Assembly (NCBI RefSeq): GCF_963921235.1
Contig: NC_086097.1
Location: forward strand, 157,916,001 to 157,980,000
Source of the DNA: Mobula hypostoma
Lineage: Eukaryota
Direction: 5' to 3'
Length of the DNA stretch: 64,000 nucleotides
The position numbers were made by a program, and so were the translations under genes. This document shows positions 41,984 through 53,160 of the stretch, piece after piece. The notes beneath the pieces were generated by a model. The model had not been told where the DNA came from, searched no databases, and worked only from the letters and a program-made list of their open reading frames with translations. Numbering within the stretch: position 1 is the first letter of the stretch; each line of letters starts with the position of its first letter.

Positions 41984-42045
41984 CCTAGGTCGGTTATCCC
42001 AAGAAACGCCAAAGAAATAGCAGCAACAGCCCAGATCATGGACAT
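41980..42045 (-). other. uORF (MSMIWAVAAISLAFLGITDLG*) whose TGA overlaps the ADGRB1 ATG
   Basis: Direct translation ATG TCC ATG ATC TGG ... CTA GGA TGA; TGA is 41982-41980 and the main ATG is 41983-41981. Confidence 0.7.
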
Positions 42046-42307
42046 AACAGGACCGACTTTTACAGAAAGACACCAGCAGATGATTTCATTGCAATCTTTG
42101 TAGTTTTGTCCTCGGTCTCCCCCTTGTGGTAAATTCCTTGAAATCGTATATATTTTCTTTTAAAAAAAAACCCTAGTCCCAAAAGGAATACCCCTCCCCG
42201 GCGCTGTATGAGGCCACAGTTTATTCGGTGTATTCGCCAACTAATTTACAAATTAAACACAAAATTCTGCAGACGTTGACACTTCAGACAGCCCGTCAGA
42301 AATGAAT
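41984..42307 (-). other. ADGRB1: 5'UTR part of the first coding exon of ADGRB1
   Basis: Minus strand reads a polypyrimidine tract and acceptor TGTC(T)9ATCATTTCAG| at about 42330-42308, so the exon would begin at 42307. A weaker CAG lies near 42269. Confidence 0.6.
42060..42089 (-). other. Short uORF MKSSAGVFL* in the ADGRB1 5'UTR
   Basis: ATG AAA TCA TCT GCT GGT GTC TTT CTG TAA read directly on the minus strand. Confidence 0.55.
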
Positions 42308-42924
42308 CTGAAATGATAAAAAAAAAGACAGGTATCACTTTCTTTTAATGCTCTCGGATTTCACGAATTCTTACAATATCATTTGGAGTCATTCTTTACG
42401 AGCTTTGTTAGCAGACTTTTGACTATTTCTCATAACATTTTTTCGCGTGGGGGAAACGCTACCAGAGCGTTCCATCAGCTTAAACCGATGATTAACCCCT
42501 GTCTAGTAGTGGCCACTTCAAAATATGCATCCTACAATAAACTTGGTCTCGTACAGATTAATCTGCACCATATGCCCTGGCCATGTCTAACTGTACTTGA
42601 AATGCGTCCTCGCATATTTTCAAACATTTTTATAATAACACTGATTAATGTACAGCTATTTTCTCCTGATTATCGGGTAAACATCCAAAAAAACTAAATG
42701 CCGTTTACTGACTTACACACTGCAGTTATTAACTATTAAAAAGGCATTTAGTAAACCTCGTAAAGCGTTCCAATAAACAGAGATTTTCCTGTTATTCAAA
42801 TGTAACTATTTAACTTATCAAAGCCACCATAGTTATTCTAGTTTATGGATAAAACCAACAGTTTAAGCAAAACGTATTTTTAAAGATCAGGTTGCAATTA
42901 TTTCGAAATATTCTGAGATAAATA

Positions 42925-43102
42925 CAATCTTTGTAGTTTTGTCCTCAGTCTCCCCCTTGTGGTAAATTCCCTGAAATCGTATATATTTTCTTTTAAGGAA
43001 AAGCCCCTCGTCCCAAAAGGAATACCCTTCCCCGGTGCTGTGTGATCCGCGGCTGATTCGGTGTCTTCACCAACTAAATTAGAAATAATACACAAAATTC
43101 TG
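42925..43102. repeat. Direct dispersed duplicate of 42092-42269 (ADGRB1 5'UTR segment)
   Basis: Both copies run caatctttgtagttttgtcctc...cacaaaattctg, 178 bp each, roughly 85-90% identical by eye. Confidence 0.95.
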
Positions 43103-45961
43103 TCCTATGCGCTTTATACTATAAAACCCGTAATGTAGAATTCGCAATATGATAGACAAGGTGCATTTTGTATGTACTATACCGTCAGTAGTCACAGACT
43201 CGGCCTTCTGTGGCTTGCGTGCTGACTGAGCACATTGATCTTTTAAATTCAAAATTGGGATTTCGCTTGGATTAATTGTTTTGCCACTGCCGTCTTCTCT
43301 CGTGGATATATGTAAATTGTAAACTCAGATGGTCTTTCAAGATTTTGCCCAATTTAAAAGCACACATTTTTTTAAATGCTTGTGATTGACAAGAGTAGTG
43401 TCAATTAACAGTGCTCGTTCTTACAATTACTTCCACATCATATCTTCCACAGAAATGAAGCTACCTTCTTGTTTCATCGGGACTCATTTTGGATTGCGTG
43501 CACTGACTTTGTTCCTCTAATAACCTGCTGGACTGTGACAGATACAGGAACCTGTGTCCCCTTTCGCTTCGAACCACCCCCCCCCCCCATGTGGCTGTGT
43601 CATTCCCTGATTTAAAAGGAGACGCGCATCAGGGAAACATTAAACCCGTGAAAAGCAATGTAATCCCTTAACCTTCTAATAGGGGGATAAACATCGTGAC
43701 TGGTACCTGCGTGAGAGAGAGTGGTCTACGATTTGCTCGGTTATACCTATTTTAACCTGTGCATTGACGGCACATTGTTCTTATCGCTGCCGGGTTCAGA
43801 CCAAGACGCGCTTCCCCCCTCTGGGAATTGTTCGCTACGAGTCTATCAGGCGTTCAGCATTCGAACGACTGATTGCATTTCATCTCTCGTAATCCTGAGA
43901 CGTGCTTGTGCAATACCTATGCAGATCTCCGTTCATTTGCGCGCGGTGGAGCAGCAGTAGTTTAAGGGGATGTATAGGGCGGGAGCTTTGGTGACTGAGG
44001 TTACTGGACACAGGACCACTGGTGTCCATAATTTGGAGCTCCTAGGAGATTGACGGTTGTTGGAGATGAACAACGCAAAACACAAGGGGGGTGGAGTGTG
44101 AAATATGCAATGTATACAGCGGGGTGTGGAAACAGATCGCATACTGACTCATAATGCATCAACATATTGTTAAAAGTTACTGTGTTATAACAAAGCCATC
44201 TGTACGAACTGAAAGAGAGGAGGCAGTGTGAGGCGGCAGTCTTAGCATTGGAGTGTTTGATGGGCGCATTATTAAGACTGTAGAGTGGTTTGCTGAGAAC
44301 GCGTTCTTCCGTTTGCCCGTATTTTAAGCAGAACATTGCGTTTATTGAAGATAGCAACCGGCATTTTATTTTGTTTTTGAAGATTGAAGCTAATAGCATG
44401 CAGGTGTTAGTGGAGAATGGACTATTTGTGGCCGTCAAGGCTGTGACTGAATACAGATCGTTGTCACCCTGCTCCGATTTGGTGAGAGCTGTTTGCTGAG
44501 GAGGTGCGTTGCATGCAAGCAGCCAGTTTCGCTTCGGCGAAACCTAATGATCAGGAGCTTGCTAGATTTAATTTATTATATTTGCTGCGCGGTTTCGCTC
44601 CTAAACGACGGCATGTCGTCGGTTAGAAGCGAAGTCCATTATGAAGCAGTGGTCCGACGGGGCACATCGCCCCCACAATCTCCCCCGATATCTTCTAGGT
44701 ACCAAGGTGCTACCGCTCGCTCCCATTTAAGTGACATCCAATCCTTGGCGAAGGAGTTAACAGAACCGAAGTGACTCAAACTCAGTGAAAGATTCTTAGC
44801 GTCACGTTCTGCCTTGGTGGCTGCTAATTACTGTGTAATTATCCCCAATTATTTTATTCCAATGCAGACCAACTTAGTTGGTCCTATCTGTTACTAAGAA
44901 ACGACTGCGTTGTTACATGTAGTTGGGGATCCCTCTGGCATGCTGCATCACAACTAATGTCTAACAGGTTTACACCCTGAACCACAGTTTTCTCCCAGTA
45001 GTAAGAATCACAAAGTCTGCTTTTTGATCCAATGACACGATAATGCGTCAGATTAATTGGCTGTCAGTGGGTTAGGGATTATTGAAATGGTGTAATATAA
45101 ATGTGTTGTTTAATATAAACGGGACGCATTTCACTCACTGTGTCGCTGGAGCTGGTAGAAGTGAAGCAGATTAGATCTTGCTATCAGCTATATGCGATTA
45201 ACCCCTGATCTGTTGAATTCATTTTGGAGCAGTATTTTAACAGGCTGACGACCAAATCGTGCAAAGTGACACTACAATCAAATAGGCCCAGATAGGGAAT
45301 TAGAGGGGGGCATGGATGTTCATTTTAATAACTGGGATTAAAGCTATACAATGATCAGCATCAGAGTGCATAAAAGAATCACGCCGTCCCGAGTTTTGCA
45401 GTTTACTAATTGGATAGATTTCAGAAAACGGTTCGGAGCGCTGAGTTGTTTGATAGTCCACACTTCTAACGATTACTGTTTGAATCTAATAGTCCCCAGT
45501 GAACGTTGCACTGACCATGAACCTCTCTGCGTCGCCCATTGCTAGAGGGATAAGCTAATTCAGCAAAGACTTGCAGAGTCGAGAGATTCTTTAGGTGACA
45601 TTCCCAAGACATCGTTTGAGCGCTCGGACTCGAGAAGTACACGGACCATGATAGGAGCGTCGTTGATATGTGTGTGCGCTCTCCAAAAACATCAGTCCGT
45701 TATCCTGTAACGATCTGGAACGAGGGCGGTCTAATATCCACTTTCAAACGAGCACGCTGTATGGTTTTGCTGCACCGATTCTACCAGACATTGTCACCTG
45801 CACATTCCCCCTTTAAAGGTGTCTGCTTAAATGGTGTATTTGGTGACAGAGCTTCTCCCTCTCCCCTCAGAAAACCCCAGCACGCTGTATAAAGTGGATG
45901 TGCACAGACCCATTTTTAGAATAATATACATAACCTGTAGGTATTTCCGTGTCATCCTTAC

Positions 45962-46330
45962 CTCAAAGTTTCTGAGCAAATATTTACACCTTTTCTCCTG
46001 GTGCATTCACCAGCAAGCTCCGCGTAAACAGTAGGATGATGACCACCATGGTTTGCGGCTGGGATCCCCACACGCACACAGCCACACACACAGGCTGGAG
46101 TAAAAGGAAGGTTTTGTTTCAGGAAAAAAAAAGAAACGGGGAGTTGGGGGGGGGGGTATCTGGAGGCAGAAAGGAGGGGGTGGTGGGAGATCGTTCCTTT
46201 GATTAATCCGAAAGATGCAACAGTCCAAGTGCCTCGGAGTTTAGATCCAAGATCCGCGCTGGCTCCCCCGACTATCGATGTATCCTTGTGGGAAAGTGGT
46301 GTTGGAAGGGACGGCTGGGGTAGGAACTAG
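45962..46330 (-). other. ADGRB1: Putative non-coding upstream exon of ADGRB1 (5' end uncertain)
   Basis: Consensus donor GAG|GTAAGG at 45962/45961 inside the CpG-rich region. The coding exon starts at an acceptor, so an upstream exon is required. Confidence 0.45.
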
Positions 46331-46429
46331 AAGTGGCGGTGAGGTTGCAAAAGATCTGACAAAGCGTCCTGGTCTCCTTCTGATTTCCCACCTACTGAAA
46401 GCAGAGCGTTGTAGCTAAGAGCGCAATAG

Positions 46430-46500
46430 TTACGTCAGGCACCCACAGCTTTCCCAATCGCGCGTTGGAGGAGGAAAACTCTACCAAGGCAATATATAAA
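46430..46500 (+). promoter_or_regulatory. CRE-like / CCAAT / TATA core promoter cluster
   Basis: TTACGTCA 46430-46437, CCAAT 46454-46458 and TATATAAA 46493-46500, in canonical order on the plus strand. Confidence 0.5.
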
Positions 46501-47529
46501 AAAGCAGCGGAATCGACTGGGTCGACTAGGAAGCGGAGCCGACCTAAGCCGCGGAAAACCGAGGAAGCCCACCCCCACCCCCGGTCATTTCTCCGCTGTG
46601 TTATCCACACACCGCCACTCCGGATTTCTTTTAAACAGTCTGTTTTCCTTTCGTCATCTCTACATATCTTTGCTATTTTGCGAAATGGAAATGCGAACAA
46701 AATTCTGAGACCACTCATATTCCATTTCCAGCGCAGTTTTACAGGACAATTATCGCTGTTCACCCAGCAGGTTTATCATTAAACAATATAACCGACTGCA
46801 ATGCAATTTGTGCAGTCTATTTGCTTCAGACACATGTCTGATTCGCTTTCCATTACCGGACTAGAATCTGGATTTTATAGCTCTCCATCTGGTTGTAGTG
46901 TTTAATAAATTTACAGTCTGAGGTAGATACGCAAAGGGAGACTCATGCTACGGTCATTTAAAACCACGTTCCAATGCTGATCCAGTGTCTTTTCAAACAC
47001 CTTTATTAATTAAAAAAAATCACCGCAGCCGAATTTCCAAAGTGGGGGCCTCCAGAATTGCTTTATGTTATCTAATGTCTCAAAGCACCCTGCAGTTTGT
47101 GGGCACATCATCCATTTTCAGGGTAACAGTAATTGGTTGTGTTCAGCCAGTCCAGGAAGGTCTTCATCCCTAAACTACCCCACCCATTTTTCCTCTTCCA
47201 GGTCTCCCCTGCTCCTTCCAACCGGGGAACTATTCCAACGGCTATCGCTATTGAAACGCTCATTTAGGGGGAGCGTGGAATTTTCACAGTGGAACTGGCC
47301 ACTCGGATTACTGGCGCTGAAACTCCCGCAGCAAAGCAATCCTGAGCGCGCAAGTTCCCCATCCACTCTTATAAGGGAAGTTATAGCCGCACCAGCTGTC
47401 TCGAGTGGGACAAACCAGGTATGATCTGTTATTTTATTAGTCTAAGTATCGTTACGCAAGTGCCTGAGTAAAAGGCAACCTGAATGGCACAAACTGAATG
47501 AGTCCGGACTCATCCCGATCCGATTTATC

Positions 47530-47775
47530 TTAAACACAAGAGAAGCTGCAGGAGCTGGAATTCCAGAACAACACAAACAGCGTGCTGGAGGAACTCAGCA
47601 GCGAGGGAAGCATCTATGAAACAGTCAGCATGTCTGGCAGAGACCACTCTCCACGAATGGAAAGGAAGGGGAAGAAGCCAGAATAAAAAGGTGGGGGGGG
47701 GGAGATGGAGGAGGTGTTTGATAGGTGAAGCCAAGTGGGTGGGAAAGGTAAAAGGCTGGAGAAGAAGGAATCTGA
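47530..47775 (-). repeat. Penelope-type tail repeat (decayed hammerhead)
   Basis: gctggaggaactcagcag...agcatctatg plus purine-rich spacer, the reverse complement of the 37200-37460 tail. Confidence 0.7.
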
Positions 47776-47989
47776 TACCCTACAATTCAGACATATGAAT
47801 GAATTTTCCTCTTCTCTCTCCAGCGCAATATGTGGCAACCAAAACTGCGCACAGTGCTCATATCCTGTCTTACTCGTGTTTTGTAAAGTTGCAACATAAT
47901 GCTCCAACTTTTGTATTTGATGACCCAAACAATAAAAGCAAGCATGCCATGTTCCTTCTTCACTATCTTCTTGTGTTGATACTTCTAGG

Positions 47990-49430
47990 GAGCTGTGGAC
48001 TTGAATCCCAAGGTTCCTTTGTCAAACAACAAAGTATCTGTATTTTATTAGCATATTGTGGCTGTTCTCCCCCTTTTGACTTCTCATAATTCTCCACCTC
48101 ACACTTATCGGGATTAAATTCCATTTGCCAAGCTTCCTTACTATCCACAACACCCCTGACTTTTGTGTCATTGGCAAACTTACAAATGATACTACCTACA
48201 TTAACATTCAATTGATTAATATGTATCCGGCAAACCACCAGTCACAGATTTCCAATCTTTAAAGCATCCTTCCAGGATTACTCTCTGCCTGTATCACCAT
48301 GGATAATTTTGAGTACTACAGTATAATGAGCAAAACAAAAGATCTGTGAATTGACAAAGTTTGTCAATCAGTAGTATTAACTTGCCTCTTCCTTTCCAGA
48401 GATGCCAGCTGTTTAAGTACCTCCAGGAATTATAATGTTTATTTTGAATTCCCAGCAACCAGTTTATATTGTGTTTGTGCATTTTAAAGAGTGGTAGTGG
48501 TAGCCGGTTTCCACAGAGTACATCCCTACAATAATATTGATATCATGACCTGCTTTAGTTATATTCAGGAACGAATAGAGTCATAGTACTATAGAGTAAT
48601 AGAGCATGGAAACTGGTCTTTCAGCACAAATGGCATCCTCCTCACTAGTTTCAATTGTCCATGTTTGGCTCATAACCCTCCAAGACCCTTCACTCTAAGT
48701 ACCTCTACAAATGTCACTTCAATATTATCATTGTTCCCACCTCAACGACTTTCTCTGGCACCTCATTGCTCATTGCTCATATTCATTGCTCTCTAGTTCT
48801 GGACTCCCAACCCTGGGAAAAGACAATGACTTTCCACCTTATTCAAACCTCTTGTGATTTTACAAACTTGTGAGGTTATCCCTCACTCTCCTGCCTCCAA
48901 GGATTTAAGATCCGGTGTGGCCAACCTCTTCCTATAACTTGGACCCTTTGGCCCAGTTAGCACCCTTATATATCTCTTCTGCACCCACTTCACCTTGACA
49001 ATGTCTTTCCTATAACAGGACAACCAAAACTGTACACAATATCCTACATGCAGCCTCACCAGTGACTTATAACTGCAACATAATGTCTCTACTCTTCTGG
49101 AAATTTGCCAGTGGCTAACTGTTCCTTTGTTTTTAAATAGAGTCACCCAGTTGACCCCAGCTTGACCCTACCCAATGACTTCAAATTTTGCCCTGCTCCG
49201 GTTCAGGACATTAATCTGTAGACCTGTTCTATCTTTTTCCATATCTATTTTAAAGTTAATAGAATCATGGTCACTAGACCCAAAGTGCTTCCCAAATGCC
49301 ACCTCAGTTATTAGGTCTGCCTCATTCCCTAAGAAGAAATCCAGTGTTGCTCCATCCTGAGTAGATGCCTCTAAATATTGCGCAAGGAAACTGTCTTGCA
49401 GGCACAATACAAATTCTGTCCCATCAAGGC
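47990..49430 (-). mobile_element. CR1 LINE fragments (RT and endonuclease)
   Basis: ICKFANDTKVRG..WQMEFNPDKCEV; YKSLVRLHVGYCVQFW; endonuclease ATLDFFLGNEA...HFGSSDHDSINF. Confidence 0.85.
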
Positions 49431-50631
49431 CCATTGCATTCTGGGTGCTCCAGCAGATACTACCATCTTTCCACTGATACCACTCTCAAGTCCCATACAC
49501 TTACCAATCTAGTCCAAACCCATACTAGTGGCAAAAACAAATTTCACCGCTAGGATATTGGTCCCCCTCTGGTTGAAGTACAACCTGTCCCTCTTGTACA
49601 GGTCACCTCTACTCCAGAAATGACCCCAATGATCCAAGAACCTGAATTCCTGCCCCCTGCATCAACTCTTCAGCCACACATTCACCTGGTCTATCTTTTT
49701 TTTCCTATACTCACTAGAAATGGCACCAAGAAGAGGGCATATTTTGAAGAAGCTAACTTAAAGCAACAATGACATGATATACTGTCTACTATACCATACT
49801 CCAAAATGGTACATCAGTGCTATAGAGTATCCACACAAACATCATGTCTATTCCTTAACAATTACATGTTTCCACTTTCTACTCTAATGTAGGTTCTGCA
49901 GTTTCACTTACCAGATAGAAAGATCTCTGCTCTATCTTTTATTCAACTGTGAAAAGCAAAGCCACTTACAGGCAACACCAACTATGACCTATGCAGAGTC
50001 CTACGGACATGAGTCACCCTCTCCAATAGAACTTCTTTGTCGAAGGACTGGATGAATTCACTCACGCTTCATCTAACGTATTTCAAATTTGTTATGTGCC
50101 TATTTCAGATAGCTATTCAGAAATTATCTTTCCAAGCACTCAAAGCTTCCAGTATAGATGGAGAAACTTTGTGGAGCTGAATATTAAATTTAAATTAAGT
50201 ATCTGGTCTATAATAGACTTCTGTCTATTAAAGTACATATCTTTAAAAATCTAGTGAATGTTCCAAACTTTTCCTAGACAATATCTTATGTCTGTTGCGT
50301 TGCTGGATCAATACTTCCTGCAGAAATTATTACCGGCAAAGGACCTGAAATTGAAATCCTTCTGGAGGTCACTCCGGAAAGTGCCTATAGACACTTGCTT
50401 CAATATTGTGTAGTTTTCACCCTTGTAGATATAAAAAGAAATGGTGAATGGTTTCTGCCATCTCATGTTTCTATTAGCTCTCTTCAATGTGGTTTATTTG
50501 CCTTTTTCTTATCGCTTCAGATATCTAGCCTTTAACCTTGTAAATGAATAGCATTGAATCTTTCTAATTTGTGACTCATTTACTCCTCATTGAGAAAGAC
50601 AGAGAGGACAATGGAAGGGATTATCAGAATA

Positions 50632-51357
50632 CAATGGATTCCACTTAATTGGGGCACATCTGGACCAGTATATTTTGGCCCTATTAGGTGGCTATCCCAA
50701 TTAACTGTAGCTTCATGGAATTAGTTAAAAGGATAAAAGACAGATTACTGTTTAACTAAAATATGATATTTGTATTTCAATGAAATACAGAACAAGTTAG
50801 AACACTACCAATACCTCTGTAGTACTATAAAATGGTGTATTATTTCCTAATAGTTATTGTCAGAGGTATTCATCTGCTGTGTTTTTTTTAATGACTGTAA
50901 ATGAACAAAATCAGCACAGGCACCTAGTACCGATAATTTGCTGCCTTCATATAATATTTTAAACAATTGCATCCTCCAAATCTTCATTTTCATTGTAACA
51001 TTCAAGATGATTTTCGATACCTTCATAATTACTAACTTGTTAATGTAGTAAAATCATTTTACTTTCACTCACTGCTGTTTCTGGCATCTCTAAGCCTGAA
51101 TGCTTGAAACGGCAATAGCAAAGCAGTTCTGAATTGTTTTACTGCTTATTTCTCGACAACTATCAGTGACAAAGATCACTGCTTTTTGAACAGAAGCACA
51201 CTGAAAACTGATGGTTCTAGGCATGGACTAGTGTCTAATGGCCACACAAGTGCTCACAACTGACATTACTCAGAAACTATTCGGCAACAGTATCCTGCAC
51301 CAATTAAGCATCATAATGCCCCACATAAATGGCTGCCCAATTAACCAGAATCCATAA
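50632..51357. mobile_element. Tigger/pogo-like non-autonomous DNA transposon
   Basis: TA|caatggattccacttaattggg ... cccaattaaccagaatccataa|TA imperfect TIRs; acidic transposase-tail remnant (ENHLECYNENEDLEDAIV) on the minus strand. Confidence 0.75.
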
Positions 51358-52300
51358 TATTTATTTTCAGCTCCACCCAGAGCTTCTGCAAGAGGTGGTA
51401 ACTGGGTCAGTTATGTCATAATTGATACAAAAAGACATGTTTATATCAATTATGACATTCGGTGTTCTTTGAATGCATGGTATTTAAAATATACCATCTA
51501 TTCAAAGCTATGTATTTATAGATTTAAAGCAAAGTACCATGGATTTAAGATGCTAACTGCAGGCTGTTCTAGTCATCATTGTAGCTTTCCCCACACCCCT
51601 CCACAGGCCAATCTACCTTACATATCCTCTAGAAAGCAGTCCCAACTGCTTCTAACATGTCAGTTTGTCATCCCTATGTAATGAGTCTATCGTCTTCCCA
51701 GAATATATAAATAGGTTTGGCTCAGATTACCATGTTCTAGTAACAAATTGATCTCCTCATTTGGGTTTGCACTTTCCATTTATTCAGTCTCTGTTTCCCT
51801 CACCTGAGGCCATCTGACACCCTGACAATTTTGCATTTTCGCTTTCCATCTGTATCCTCCATCCTTCACTATATCTTCTTCCAAACAGCTATCTAATCAC
51901 CTCCTATCCTTGGTGACACAAGAGACTGAAGATCCTGAAATCTGGAGCAACAAGCCATCTGCTGCAGGAACCCGTTGGGTCAAGCAGCATCTGTGGGAGG
52001 AAAGGAATTGTCAGTGTTTCAGGTCAAAACCCAACACAAGGACTCCCCTCCTTCATTGCCCATTTCACCTTGGCTGAGATTTTCCTCATACACAAAGCGA
52101 AGCCCGTGCTGGAAATCTGAATACAAGCAAAAGATGCTGGAAATATTCAGATAACCAAGCAAAACCTTTGCAGAAAGCAGCACAGCCAACATTTCAGATT
52201 TGAAAACTCTCAGAATACTGAGTTACTATAGTAAAATTCTGGCCCATTGAAATTCTCACATGAATGGTGTATTTTCTGTTAACTGCTCTCGTTCCTTTCT

Positions 52301-52449
52301 CTTTCTTTTTCAATCTCTTTATTAAGTTTCAAATTAATAAACATAATAATAATAATGATACATAGAGATCGGGATTACATTAAAAATGGTTAACATGTAC
52401 AACCACAGAATCCAAGTAACAAATGTAGTTTAGCCTCCCAAGCTGTTGC
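52301..52449 (-). mobile_element. Short poly(A)-tailed retro-insertion (probably L1 3'UTR)
   Basis: T-rich tail plus tttatt at the left end; candidate TSD tcctttct at 52293-52300 and 52450-52457. Confidence 0.55.
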
Positions 52450-52964
52450 TCCTTTCTGATTCATCTTTTTTTATGATTTTTATTCTTTCATTGTTAATGT
52501 TTAAAGTTGTTCACTTTTCTCATCTTTTCTTCCTATGTCAGACCAATTGGCAAAAAACTAATATTTGTGAATATTAGAAATATTAAAAACAAATCTAAAA
52601 TAATACAAATAAAATAACATTTAAACAACTGGAAAAACTAAGTTACTTATACGTAATCAGCAACCACTCCTTTTATTGAAATTGATATAGAAGTGATCCC
52701 TACATCCAATTCAGACTGGTGCAAGTTCTTTGAATGAATTCAGGGTAAGTAATGAGTAAGTGCTGCATCTTCAAGCTCTCTTAAAAACTTTTTAAAGAGT
52801 CCATCATAGAGAACACTTCTGTGAAAAATACTGCAAACAGCTCATGATAAATTTGAAATCTGTTCACTAGGTGATCCAAAGTTGCTTCTAGTTATGTTGG
52901 CAGTTGCTCAAAGAACTGTTGACATTTTCTTAAGATGTCCAGGCAATTAAATTCCAGGATGATA

Positions 52965-53160
52965 TTTCTGGTATTCTGGGCAATATTTATTCTTCAATCA
53001 ACATCACTTAAAAAGAAATTATCTAATCATTATCACATTGCTACTTGTGGGAGCATACTGTGCGCAATATGACTGCTGGGTTTCCTACATTGCAACTGTG
53101 ACAACATTAGATCAGTACTGTAAAGTGGAAGTGATGTGAAAAGTTCTGTATAAATGGAAA
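52965..53160 (+). mobile_element. SacSINE1/Deu-SINE-like ancient SINE fragment
   Basis: caatatttattcttcaatcaacatcact...attatcacattgct..tgtgggagc..ctgtgcgcaa...tttcctacatt resembles the SacSINE1 body as I recall it; related pieces at about 27190-27480 (+), 4335-4450 (-) and 9510-9620 (-). Confidence 0.7.

Larger units (their letters stand above)
39400..47520. promoter_or_regulatory. CpG-retaining, transposon-poor regulatory domain around the ADGRB1 5' end
   Basis: CG dinucleotides are visibly frequent compared with the CpG-depleted flanks. No recognisable LINE/SINE between about 39460 and 47520. Confidence 0.7.

Noticed and set aside
41984..42073. 30-aa N-terminal extension of ADGRB1 in the ORF track
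   Set aside because: It starts at GTG and precedes the signal peptide; the true ATG is 41983.
41930..43060. REST/RE1 silencer element
   Set aside because: Only partial half-site resemblances (ggcgctgt, ggtgctgt); no full 21-bp match.
44001..47424. Several 100-145 aa ORFs in the CpG region
   Set aside because: No homology; expected by chance in GC-richer regulatory DNA.
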